Source of the DNA: Podarcis tiliguerta
Taxonomy: Eukaryota
DNA: 64,000 nucleotides
Direction: 5' to 3' (one strand)
Assembly (NCBI GenBank): GCA_965153285.1
Contig: OZ229112.1
In this document: one piece after another, positions 26,290 to 39,000 of the stretch
Layout: each line of letters starts with the position of its first letter
Position numbering within the stretch: the first letter of the stretch is position 1
Program-made: the position numbers and the translations under genes
Notes under the pieces: model-generated
Database searches by the model: none
The model's input: the letters and a program-made list of their open reading frames with translations, nothing else
What the model was told of the DNA's origin: nothing

Positions 26290-26920
26290 CTTTTAAGAAA
26301 CAGAACATTTATTATACTTTCGTAATAGCTTCCAAGATAGTGTGTTAAATATCCTAATCTAATTATTGAGTATCTAAAATACCAGGCACTGTTGCTTTTA
26401 TTACTTTTGCCCAAAGTTGCACAATATACAGTTAACTTGGATAAGCTTTTAAAAAGGCTCCCTAAAAAGTATGTTTTTAAAAAATGCAGCAGTGGAACTG
26501 TTCTCTAAGTTTCTAGGGACATTTTGCACTTATTGATGATCCAACGAAGAACACAAATTAAATCTGGCTATTCCATGGATGCTCTCACTTAGCAGTTATC
26601 AGAACAAAAGCCCCACAAGGAATGAGAGTGAAAAGATTATGTCCACTACATGCTAAAATCAACTTGCTCAATTGTTGCATGGAGTTATCATTTGAAAATG
26701 TCAAAAGGTAATTAAACCTCAAAGGTTTATTAAACCTCAAAATTTATTACCACAATATCAAGAAACTATACTAAAATCAACATTGGTGATTAAAGCCTAG
26801 AAGAAACAGGTGCTTAAGAAAGACATTCCAGAGAGACAGTAACCAGATTGGTTTGGGGTTTTGTTTGTTTGTTTGTTTATCCATGAGGTCTAGAAATGAT
26901 ATTTTCCTTCAAAGGCCTAC

Positions 26921-27966
26921 CTTCAAATTAGAGAGCTGACCAAAGGTTTTGGAGCAGACATTGCATTCATACTTTATTTTCCCATTCTGTTTCTTCAGTG
27001 GGTATGGGAGGGTTTTGTAACCAGTCATGTTTCGCTTGCTCTTGATAAGATTCATGGCTTCTTCACTGCTGGTGGCAGCCAACACTGCTGAGGTAGGTTT
27101 AGGTTGCATTATGTGTTCTGAAGTGGCTGCTGTGCCCGCTGTGGGCGATCCACTAGTTGGGCTACATGGCTTGTCTTTCATACTGGCAGCTGCCCCTGTG
27201 ATAGAGAAGGCACTGTTATGTGCAGGGATGAGGAAGTCCCTTGGATGGTCAGGTTGCAGCAGCTGTCGGCTTCCATCAGATGGCAAGGAACTTGGAAGTC
27301 CTGGAGAGGAGTTCAGCATATGATTGGGGATGCTTCCTCCACTGAGTAGGCTGCTGTAGAAAGGATACATCCTTGGAAAGAGGTTGAAATTGTTGATGCT
27401 CATGCCATATGGTGGTAACAAAAATTTGTGGTAGGGAAAGGCTTGTGGGAGATGGCTTGAAGGTGCATACCCAGAATATGCCCCTAATCCTTCTGAGTTA
27501 TAGAGTCCATTCAAGTAAGGATAAGGTTCTCTGTGCTCTTGAGTCATAGAAGCTAGGGGTGAGACTGTAACTGGGCTGCTGTGAGGGCTTGAGCTTTTCA
27601 AACTTTGGTCTGGACTACTTCTTGCTGAGGGGCTTGGTGTGGTAGAAGACTGGATAGGCGAGTGGGCAATGTAACTTGGCCTCTCAATCCTATAAGCCTT
27701 CAGGTAATCTTCAGGGATGGGCGGTCGGATTGGGTAGACAATACGAGGATAGAAAGGCTTTTCAGGACTACAATTTTTTCTCAAGCCCTCCAAGTCTTTT
27801 TCTTGAGTATGTGGATAAATGTGGCTATAAAATAATTCCTTTCCTTTGGGATTACTGGAATCAGTTTTCAGGATTTCCTTCACACTGTGCTCTCTTCTGG
27901 GAACAGTTTTTAGATAAAGTTCATCTTTGTCATTAGCTGGCTGCTTTGGATTAACATGGCTTTGTG
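26921..27966 (-). CDS. PRDM1: PRDM1 exon 5, Pro/Ser-rich repression region and first half of zinc finger 1
   Basis: Lies within ORF 26909..27988. Acceptor tttttatatttcag, donor AAG|gtaggc; 1046 nt (phase 1 to 0, junction codon A|CA=Thr); ends [17 protein letters not shown]. Confidence 0.97.
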
Positions 27967-28954
27967 CTGAAATATAAAAACAAGGCAATGAATTTTTAAG
28001 GCCAATAAAGACAATTTACAGACATTGGTCATTAGCCTCTGCCTTAAAACACACATATAAATAGTCATTCCTAGGTATTTGCATTGGTGGAAGGACTAGC
28101 ACAGCATTAAACTCAACAGAAATAAACGCAGTAGCTACTTATTAAATCCTGGGTGATTATCATGATCCAGTCAGTTCATTTCTGCTACATTTGTTCTAGT
28201 CTCACCTTTCTTGTATATTATTGGATTAAACTGATTACAGAAAACACAGTAGCAACTGATGCATACTTTGTAGATAACAAGGCAACTTACTATATACCTT
28301 TCTAAGGCAAAAGGATTTGGCTGTTCCAGCTCCCTCGACTGCTTCTAACGAAAACAAACAAGTTTCAACACTCATCACTTTAAAAGGTGACTGAGTGCCT
28401 TGCAATCATGCATGAATAACAGAACTATGGGTGAGACACACAAGAGGTGCTACTAAAAGCAAAAAAAAAAGACTATTGTAGCTCCTTAAAGACTTTATTG
28501 ATTTAGCAAATAATTTTGTAAATTTATTATGGCATGAACTTCTGTGGACTCATACCCACTTCCTCAGATGCAGGAAATGAAATCTTACTAGGCATAAGAG
28601 AGGAAATTGTAAGGTGGGAACTGAATGGTAATAAGATGCAAAAATTACAATCAGTGATAATCAGAGTTTAAACAAATATTAAGTAGGCACACCTTTTACA
28701 GTAGCAGATTGGTGATAATTGCTGCAACATTGCTAACTGCATTAAAACTTGTAGTGAGCCAAAATACCATTCTCAAGAAACAGTCATGATTAATTTACCA
28801 ATGACAAATATACTGTCACTGGTAAACTAATTAACACATCTAGTGTGATATATAACCCCAAAAGTGATAGCATTGAACTTCTTGATTCAGTTGTTACTGT
28901 GAGTCTTACTCTTGTCCAAAATCTAACATTTTGAATTAGGCTCCATACCTAGTA

Positions 28955-29088
28955 ATCCACACAACAACCCTGTGGGCCAGTAAGTGACTGGCCCAAGTTC
29001 ACCCAATGAACTTCAAGACTGCGTGGGGATTTGGTCTCCCCTGATCTCTCATGCCCTAGTCTAATACTCTAACCACTATACAACACTT
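28955..29088 (-). repeat. MIR/CORE-like SINE relic in intron 4 (related + strand piece at ~40585-40690)
   Basis: cacaacaaccctgtg...agtgactggcccaagttcaccca...ctagtctaatactctaaccactatac. Confidence 0.6.
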
Positions 29089-30471
29089 GGTCTAGAGTTT
29101 ACTAGTTCCACATTTTCCTAGAGGCATTGGGAGGGGAAAGTTATCTTCCTATATTTTTATTTTTATTTTTGCTTTTGATCAGCTAGCTCTTCATTAAGCC
29201 AGCAACTTAGAAAAAAATTCAGAGGAACATATCAGAGGAACAGATGAAAAGTGATGTGTGTATGCCCACATGCATAGCAGAAGAATGGAGTGATAGATGT
29301 GGAGCTATTAGACAGACAGTCTGCCATGCTCCTATCAGCCTTCTGGCAAAGTCTTGTCAGAAAGGCAAGAAGTTAATTTGTCATTTGTGGTGGTGGTGGT
29401 GGTATACACACACACACACACACACACCAAGATAAATATCAGAGAGAAACACAACACTCCTAGATAAGTTACAGGAACCAGAGCACGTTTCTGCTGGTTC
29501 ACATACTGGTCCAGCATGTTCACGCTAAATGCAGTGAAGTACTGAAGTGAGTCTTTTGTGGTCCCTTCACAATATGCTTTATGTTCAGCGTCATTTGTGC
29601 AAAAATCCCTATTAAGCCTACATCCTCGCCTACAAAAAGCACCTGCTTCCCCCACTCCACAGACTTCATAAACTAAATTTAAGCCATAGTTTTCACTCTG
29701 CCAAAAAAATGCTGTTCCTTGTCTTAATACATACAAATCAACTGTAAAGTTAGCATATCTTCATCACAAGTTACACTCAAACTGAGGGGCATTTTTACCA
29801 GTATAGCTACCTAGTGCTCAATGAAACAACATAAACGGCAAATGTACAGTGAATCATTTTCTGCCCAGAGCTAGTTTAAAGAACCTTTCTTTTGTGGACC
29901 TCCTAATAGTTGCCTGAGAGATTTAATTCTAATTCTTTCCCCTGAGACCTTGAAAAATAGCTGTGGGCGTGCAGAGTAATTTCTTGAGTAAATGCTGCTG
30001 AACATTTTGAGTAGTGGATTTTAATAATGCTGATTCACATTTTTGTGAGATGAATGAGAACCTAGAAGTTCTGAGGTAAAAGAATTTCCAGACAAGCTAA
30101 GAATGGAGATGATGTTTATCGTTACATCATTCATGACCCATTTAGAAACAAATTACGTTCACAACAAATTCTGCTGAAGTGTTTGGCCATGATCTAGAAC
30201 CACCATGAGTGTGCTGTGTGACCTACTCTGGTTACCAGGAGGGTGTCATCCCTGTGGTCCTGATCTAGATAGAGGCCCCCAATTTGCAGCCTTCAATTTG
30301 CAGTGGGGGGAAAGCTACTATCTTCTCATGTCAAGGCCCTAAATTATAGCAAACTTCATGATAAATTTTGTGTGTAGTTTGGCCCATTCTGCAGGTATAA
30401 TGCATATTTTAGACACACAACCTATTGGCAAAAGACATTATTTGCATGCAAGTCTGCTGTAATCTACTTAC

Positions 30472-30721
30472 TTATATTCATCACCAGGTCTCCAGTGGAA
30501 GGATAGTGTAACCTTTCCGCAAAGTCTCGGCAATACCACACGAGCAATTCCTGGCCAGGTGGTATGGGTTTGATAGTATAAAAGTAGACATCCATTCCAT
30601 TCTGACAAGCAGCCAAGTTCTGCTCCTGAACAGAATGTGCTGGGTTTACATAACGCATCCAATTGCTCTTTTCCTCATTAAATCCATCAATGAAGTGGAG
30701 AAGCTCACCACCAGAATATAT
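30472..30721 (-). CDS. PRDM1: PRDM1 exon 4, PR/SET domain ([28 protein letters not shown]...ELLVWY...VMNI)
   Basis: Lies within ORF 30464..30727. NWMRYVN and ELLVWY PR motifs; acceptor tctttgcag, donor A|gtaagt; 250 nt, ends in phase 1. Confidence 0.97.
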
Positions 30722-33700
30722 CTGCAAAGAATGGAAGATAGAAATGTAAGGTATAAATGGAAAAGAACCCTTTTTTAAAAAAAGGCAATGATATATACTA
30801 GTGGATGGTAAGTACCCTTTATAGAATGTAGGAGATCATCCAAATGGAATATGCTTTGTAACTTTTTTCTGATGCCATGTGTTATTTTGATGCTTAGCAT
30901 TCAAATGAAAGCATGCTACTTAAAAGTTCAGTATTCAGTGCCTCTGCTTTAAGACTCTTGGACTGCTGGTCAACAAGTGGGTGGTATTATTGACTTAAGG
31001 TCTGACTGTGTGCTTGCAATAATGTGGTGACTCACTTTTGTAAAGACTGATTAGCATGGTTATGTCACAACCAATTCCTTGCCCTTGTCTCTCCCCCCCC
31101 CCCCCTTATGGCCTCTTTACTTGCTGTTTCCTACCATCACCACCCAAAGCTTTAAGCTACGCAAATATCAACCACCCCAAAGTCCTAAAGTGACACTTGA
31201 GCATACTTGGAATGTAGCCCTTTTGTTAAAGGGCTGGTGGGGTAAAGTGAACTGTATTTCGTATATCTAACAGGAGATCTGGAAGCGGGCCAGATTGTGA
31301 CAGCAAGAGAAATATTTTTCTCTCTCAGCTGGTATGTTTGAGAAAATATGACTCTACAGCATGTGATGGAAGAACAAATAATGTACTGATTCGATATATC
31401 CTTGTTTTCCAGTGTGCATCTGAGAACATGAAAGTGAATATAGAAAATCCCTGACAAAGCTGTACCTGTAGACTGTAGTGTAGCCTTGCTTTCAGTTTAC
31501 CACTGAAACTATGGCACAGTTAACTATAGTTAACTGGTAACTATAAGGTTGTGAGGTTTTTTTTAAAAAAAGTTTCACAAGTCATCATGTTCAAAAAGGA
31601 AATATTTATTCCCCCCTCTTTCCTGCATTGTTCTAAAGGGCTCTGGGCCAGTGACAATATGCATCCCTGTTTCGTTTTACTTAAAAATAAAATCCCCATG
31701 AAGTTAGTGCCATAGATTAGTGTAATGGCTGGGATAGAATTTCAGTTTGGTTTTCCCATGTCCGAATGCAATGTTGCACCATTTCCCTGTGCTTTTTGAC
31801 ATGCACGTTCAATTTCTTCTGAATGCTGTTTGATGTAAGAATCGACTGAGAAGTCATTAAAAAAAAAGCAGCAACAAAAGCTGGCCTTTTAACACAGGCA
31901 GTAAACACCAGAATCACTTTCTTACTTCCTGTCATTTGAGGCTGAGGAAATACATGTGGCTTCATCAAAGAAGCTTGAGAGATTTTGCGGTGTTTTTGTT
32001 ATGAGAAAGATGGAACAAAGCCTGAAGAATTATGCACTCAAGAGGAGTTTGTTAGCTCCGATTTGCAAGCTTCCAGGAACTGAGTTCCATTGATGTACAC
32101 TTCTATTACAGATAGAAACTACTTTCCGAAGTTAGACCAAGTGACTTCCAGTCATCTTTCCAGAGCTAGTAGAATTTACTGTATTGCTTTCTTCAAAACA
32201 CACACATCTCACTGCAGTAAGATCGAATGGCCTCATAAAACTTTATTTTGCCACCTCACCAGATTTCCGTGTATCGTATGGAAGATTAAAAATGTGCTGA
32301 GTCATACTGTAGCAATTACAAGAAATGACATCACCCTGGAGTTTGCACAGCATATTCATGCCTTCTCTTTTTAGAGGGTATATTTTGAATGGAACATTTA
32401 TGCTTACATACAACAGATGTTCCTGTTCCTGCCAGCCAAATCAGGATGTCTTTTATATGACATGTGGGAAATTATCTTCCACAATTTCCTTTGCATGTGC
32501 AAGACTGTTTTCAGGCCCTTAGCAAAGAACCTTTTCTACTTGGAGAGTGCGTGAAGCAAAAGAATAAACAAAAGTAAATACCAAGACTTTTCAGAAGGCA
32601 CATAACACAAGCATGATGTTAGCTTCCTCAATGAAAGTCTGGAATAACATCCTGTTACATAGTCAGAATCCTCTTGTAAGATTTGTTTAATTACTTAAAT
32701 GTGCTAATGACTAGTCTGAAAGCATGCATGCTTCTAGGGTGAGGCCAAGATATTTTCCTGCCTGAGATGAAGGAAAAAATGGCACCCTACTCCATTCCAT
32801 GTACTGACGCATGGCATACAAAAGTCTATCCTTCAACACCTCACCACTGCTCTCTGCCCCTTAGCAACTGCCGCCTAAGGCTGCTGTCTTACTCTGTCTA
32901 ATGGTAGGGCCAGCTCTGCACTCTTCTTTAGTTCTCCTGATGTGAGCACTGAAAGGACTTGATGACAGATGCCAACTGGCATCTCCCAGTGCAGGAGATC
33001 CCTTAAAGTGTATTTTATTGAAAAAATACTAATAGTTAAGGAGAACAGAGAATCAAGTCACACTTGTTTCTATTGAATCATTAAGATGTAACAAAGGAAA
33101 ACATGGAAACATTGTTTAAACGGCCAGCTTTCAGAATGACATGTGATGTTGGAATGATCTGATACGTGGCAAACACTCAGATGCAACAAGACAGTTTCCT
33201 GCTGCTGCCACACAAAGGTTTAAGCTATGCAAATATCCCCCACCCTGAATCCTAAATTAAAACTTATTTATACTTGGAATGCAGCCCTTTTGTTGAAGGA
33301 TTGGGTTGGGTATAGTGGATTGAAGTTGGTATACTTTAGTAAGCCTCTAGAATGGAAGAAACCTGACAGCTTTGACATTAGACACTCGTGTCTTCGGTAA
33401 TTTTCTTCCTGCAGCCTTTTAAAAAAAGAATGATGTGTGTGTTGTTGTTGTTGTTGTTTTTAAAAGCTAAATTCTTTTTATAATATTTATTGCGCTAAGA
33501 AGTGACATCTTGCCTAAGGCATTACAGAGGCACATATCTGATATTTTAGCCCAAGGATGGGGAATGTCTGGCTTTCTGGATGTGTTTCCATTCTCACTCC
33601 CATCAGTCCTGGCATAGCCAGTGTTCATGGATGGTGAGAGTTGTAGTCCAACAACTTCTGAATTTTTAACCTTACAGCAATCCTATGAGTTAAGTTAGAT

Positions 33701-34427
33701 GAAGACAGGTGTAGCCTACCTTATGTCTCCAGATATTGTTGGACTACAGCTCCCATCATTGGTCATGCTGGCTGCAGCTCTTGGAAGATGGGAGTCCAAC
33801 AATATCTGAAGGGCACCACATTGCCTTCCCCTGGATTAAGAGACAGGGCCTTGCTCAAACCTATCTGGTCAGTGAGTGTCCAAGCCCAGTACTCCAGCCA
33901 GGAAGTGCTATTTCACTTTATCACAACTATTAAGTAAGGGCATCTTGAGACAACAGGCTTGGCAGCATTTTAGGAAGTGGCCCTACTAACTTGTGCAATG
34001 GAAAACAAATAGCTTATTATAATAGTTCAGTATTTCAAAAAGTAATTCATCACAGAGTACAAGATTGAGAAATATTACTAATTAGTCTGAGAAACATCCT
34101 AGGGTAAGGTTCATAGTGAAATTAAGGGATAGATGATTTAAAAAAAAACTGGCACTGTATAGGATTGTGAATCAGCGGGCTTTTAAAAAATCTGATCTAA
34201 CAATGAAGTATTGTAGGGCAAATAAAAAAGATGCTTTCTATCATTCTCAGTTCACTCAGTTGTATTTCACTCAGTGTATGTTCGCTCAGTTCACCTGTAT
34301 TTCTGTTAACATATTGCCACCTCAACCATCACAACTTAAGCAGGTGTCAACACTGAAGTGTGGTTTCTTTTCAGTGGTGCTTATTTAATGAACTATTTAC
34401 ACATAACCATTAGTTTTTCCTACTTAC

Positions 34428-34547
34428 CCGCCAAAAATATTTTCTGTTTGCATCCTTAGGAACTGTGCCATTGGTATAGATTTCACCAACCAGGGGTCCA
34501 AAGCGTGTTCCTTTGGGGATAATGTCTTTGCTAATAACTCCAATAAC
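34428..34547 (-). CDS. PRDM1: PRDM1 exon 3 ([40 protein letters not shown]), PR/SET domain
   Basis: Hand-translated; absent from the ORF track. 120 nt, phase 0/0, acceptor cttttcctttcag, donor CGG|gtaagt, PR-domain GTRFGP motif. Confidence 0.97.
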
Positions 34548-35159
34548 CTGAAAGGAAAAGAGCACATGTCAAACCATTTAAGTAAGTTTATGCATTCACA
34601 CAGGAAAAACAGTTTGATACAAAAGTGCCCTACATTGTTATTACAGGGAAGCAGTCACTGTAAAGGCAAGGGATCCCCCACCCTCCTTTGACTCCAGAGT
34701 GGCATTTATTTCAGCACTTAGTGATGTTGCAAAACTATAATCTTTTGGAAATAACACATACCAAAAAGCATTGCAAAGGTGAGTAGAATTTGTTTATGTT
34801 TCTGTGATCACCTGGCAGTATGACTTGAGTACTGGCTCACTCTCAAAGATCTTATAGGTGAATGAACTATAAAAGTGGCCTTAGGAGATTAGAGAGGGAA
34901 AAAAAGCTGAGAAACACTGGTGACCAATGGTCTAACTGCCTGATTTTTGCATGGAAGAAATGAACTCAGAACTTGAATGCGACACTAAGATGCAATTATC
35001 ACATGCTATAATACCCATTAATAAATGAAATTTCTGTGGAGAAATAGAGACCAATAAAGCCTGCAGACATGACATTTGAAATCTACCTTGCTAGTTACAT
35101 ATTTATGTTTATAATCCTGGAATTCTGATGACACACAGCCCTGTTTCTCTGTTAATTTG

Positions 35160-36078
35160 AGTCAGGTGTCACAGTGCAGGCCCTGAACCAGTTCTTGGAT
35201 GCGGTGGTGGGCGGGATGAGGGCCAATAAAAGCTGGAGTGGAATCCTAACAAGATGGAGGCTCTGCAGGTGAGTGGTTCATGGATTCAGGATCTGGGCCT
35301 GGCTAGAGTTGCACATCCCTGCCTGAAGTAGATGTTTTATAGCTTGGGGTGCTGCTTGATCTTTGTCACTGGAGGCTCAGGTGACTTTGCTGGTCCAGAG
35401 TGCTGGTTACCACTTTTGGCTCGTGTACCAGCTATGCTCTTTCCTGGACAGAGTCACCCATGCACTAATAGTAGCCTCTGGATTGAATTATTGCAATGTG
35501 CTCTATATGAAACTGCCCTTACAGCTGGTATGGAATCAGCAGCTAGTGCAAAATGTGGCAGCTAGGATACTTAGCGGAGCTTCCCCCAAGGCACACATTG
35601 CATCTGTGCTAAAAGGCACTGGCTGCCAATTCACTACTGAACCAAATGTAAGGTTTTGTCACTGACTTGTAAGGCCCTGAAATGTTCAGGACCAGGATCT
35701 CTGACAGAGTGCCTCCTTCCTTCCGCACATTTCAGTCTGTTCACAGAGATCGTAGGAGGATGCCCTTCCAATTTCACTGTGCCCATTGGAAATGCATCTG
35801 GTGGTGACCTGAGAAAGGGTTTCTCTGCAGTGGCCCCCATGCTGTGGAATAACCTCTCCTTAGAGACATGGTGGGCATCTGCAATGGTGGTATTCTACCA
35901 GTTCCTGAAGATTTATCTATTTGTGAGGTCGTTTCCGAGAAGCGATTTCTTATAACAGCTCTATTAGAATATCAGTGGTATTTCTGTTTTAATGTCTGTT
36001 TGCTTTGTTGCTTTTATCTTGTAAACTCCTTGTTGTTTTACAGTGAAAGGCAGTATATAAATGTTGAAATAAATAAAT
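35160..36078 (+). mobile_element. L2 LINE 3' fragment in PRDM1 intron 2 (antisense to gene)
   Basis: THALIVASGLNYCNVLY..LPL....QLVQNVAARILSG is a post-RT L2 motif; ggcagtatataaat...aaataaataaa tail. Confidence 0.85.
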
Positions 36079-39000
36079 GTGCTCTACCCAGTGAGCATAA
36101 ATAAATCTTACACCAAATGTGTCTTAAGTCTAAATAGTATAGTCACTGATCACCTTTGTATGTAGATCTTTAACTTTCTTGATGTGGATATGATCAAGGA
36201 AAAACAGAGTCACTATGGGAAGTGTAGAATATACTAGCACTTCAGCTTCCTCCTTACCAGTAATTAAACCATGCACCCCAAAACAGGAATAAGGTCATTA
36301 TTTATCAGAAAGGCATGCCTGTCAGTATCTCCTTTACAATACAGTGCTTAAGTAAAGGGGCTTTCCTCTCATTCTTTTCACCTCCACTAAGCCTGCTAAA
36401 TTTTAATTTGCTCTCTATATTGTATATACCAACAGAGTCAGTAAACTAGGAAACATGAATAAGGACTTCAAAATACTGGTGTCTGCAGCTTGAATGGAAA
36501 GTGGGGGATGAATATAAGACATTTGTTCCACAGACTTAGTAAACATTCATGTTAAAGCTAATGAGTCATGTTCTTCTCACATTACTAACCAGTTTCATTA
36601 TGTCTGCCAAAATAATGAAAGGACAAAATTGCATTATGGATCCACTGTACTTAACTTGAAAATAGGCATATTAACTACAACGTAACATCCCAGTATGGCC
36701 TCTCCCTTTACTCAAGTCTACAGTAATATAAGTACTGTACTTAAATTACAGTGTGCAATTATTAGTGAATGTAATATATTCAATATTTTGCAAAATTAAC
36801 TAGCTTTTGAGCCACAGTAACTATCTACTGTTTTTATACTGGAAGACCAGAGGCAACTCTCTTGCTTTATTTTATTTTTATTTATGGAAAGGATTATTGC
36901 TTCATGAGCAGGCAGCAAAGGTTTAACTTTCTGCATCCTTCCCATGCCTGTAACTATCCTCCACCTGGTCTTTGAAGAACTTATTCAGAAACGAACACAT
37001 CTCTTAAGTATTCAGATATGTTATACTAAACGTTTTCAGATAAAGGACATCTAGCTGCTTGAGTCTATAATTAGCATTATTCAACTGATCATACTGTTGC
37101 CTGCCTGCCTGCTTTGCCAATTCTTTGTGCTGACACACACACCCCACTAAATACTCCACAGTCTACCAGCTAAACTCTTGAGGCCCTGTCTCTACTACAG
37201 AAACATAATTTTACTGGTATGGCTTCTCAAAGAATTATGGGAATTGTAGTTGCACAATGCCTGAGACTTCTCTGATAGAAGTCCCTGCCCTTCCTGCAAA
37301 ACTACAATTGCTAGCATTCTCTGTTAAAGCAGTTTATGTCGGCAGAGTGGAAATACCCTTAACAGAACAGAACAAGAACAAACACTGAAATGTAGGATTC
37401 TGCCTGCCATGACTCTGATTGGAGAGTTTGTAGCTATTGTTTCATGTATGTTTTCAAAGTCTTTTTTTTTTTTTTTAAGTCAAACCAGTTGTGCATCTGC
37501 ACTGAAAACAGAATGAACAGGGACTTTCAAAAACAAGTAGAAACATGCCTAATGACTGTGTTTATTTTTGTCATTCCCGTGCATTTTTCATAGAGAGGTG
37601 AAAAAGGCAGATGTTCTTCTTGCTTTCCCCATCTTTCTTGATTTACATTCTGTTAAACTTTCAAGAAAAGTTCACAGCCAGCATACGACGTGTACTTGCA
37701 GTTTGAACGTAAGATAGGTCTTTGCTCTTAATGCAGTTAATACACACACACATACACTCTGATATCTTTTAAGTTTAATTCAAAGCATACTGAGGTTTTC
37801 AGAACGTCTAGGAATCAGTATTACTTGGAACTTGTCAAATAGAAACAGTTTGGGGATTTTTGTACAGTCATACAAAGCATGCATGCCCCAACAGTATTTT
37901 ATACTTTGAACTATGCCCTTTGGAAAGATGACTGTGTGATATCCTATTCCCATAGTGTGTGCATATGGAGGAGGGAATGGGCAGCAAATAGGTGAGTTAA
38001 GCCTATTGGTGGAAAGGGAAATGAGGACGGAGTAGAATGTTTGCATCTTGCTCAGAACCCTTGCCAGTTTGGACCATACTGCCTGAAGGGTGCAAACTCT
38101 AAACAGAAACGAAATACACAACCTTCCCAGTTTTTTTCCTTTTAAAAAATCCCATCCTATAAAAACTTCTCAGGTGGTAGATTATTGCTTGAAGAAGAAA
38201 AGGGAGACTGAGAGAGAGAGAGAAAGCTGTGCCACTTTTTGCAATTCACTTCAAGGGCAGTAACCAACAGGTGCCCTTTACAGTTGCATGGCATTCCAGA
38301 AGGCAAGGCAATACCATCAGATGTGCTTTCTGAGAGGGAAGAGCAATGCAAATGTATCCAGGGCTGGGAAAGTGTGCATCAGAAAGATGCATGAAAAACG
38401 TCTTGTCTGCAAAGGCCTATTTTACTAGCTTCTGTGATACCTTGTTACTTCAATATTTACTGTAAACAGCACGTACCTCTTTCACAATATGCAGAATATT
38501 GTCATAGGTCATTAACCAGTAATTAAGCAGATGCTTTAACAAATACATTTTAGAACAGCTATATCTAAATTGTGGTTTCTAGGGATTTAACAACAGGGAA
38601 AAGCTTTATAGTACTAAAACAGGAGATTCTGAATGTTACAGTACTTCTGTATACACCCAAGATTCTGCCCAAACTGGGGGAAAGATTTTGGCTGGGGTTC
38701 ACAAGAAAGTTCATATCATGATGAACTGGCCTATTTCATGACCATATTATTGTTATTAGTCATCACAAACACCAGAAAAATACTCCCATTACAAACCAAA
38801 AGACAGAAATGGAAGTTAATTAGGCCTTATTGGCTACTCCAGGCATAAACTGACATTTCACACTTGTCCACAAGGTGTCATTAGGCACACCTGTTTTATA
38901 AATGACACTGTACAAACTTAGAACATCAAATATATGACAGACCCTGTAAAAACTATATAGGTGCTCTTATGAATGTTAAAAACCCCTCTTTAGCATCTGT

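Noticed and set aside
26139-26414. 91-aa minus ORF over exon 6
   Set aside because: Wrong frame; the true exon 6 frame is defined by the splice sites and zinc-finger sequence.
27027-27936. + strand ORFs 27027..27323 and 27676..27936
   Set aside because: Antisense shadows of PRDM1 exon 5 with no independent coding signal.
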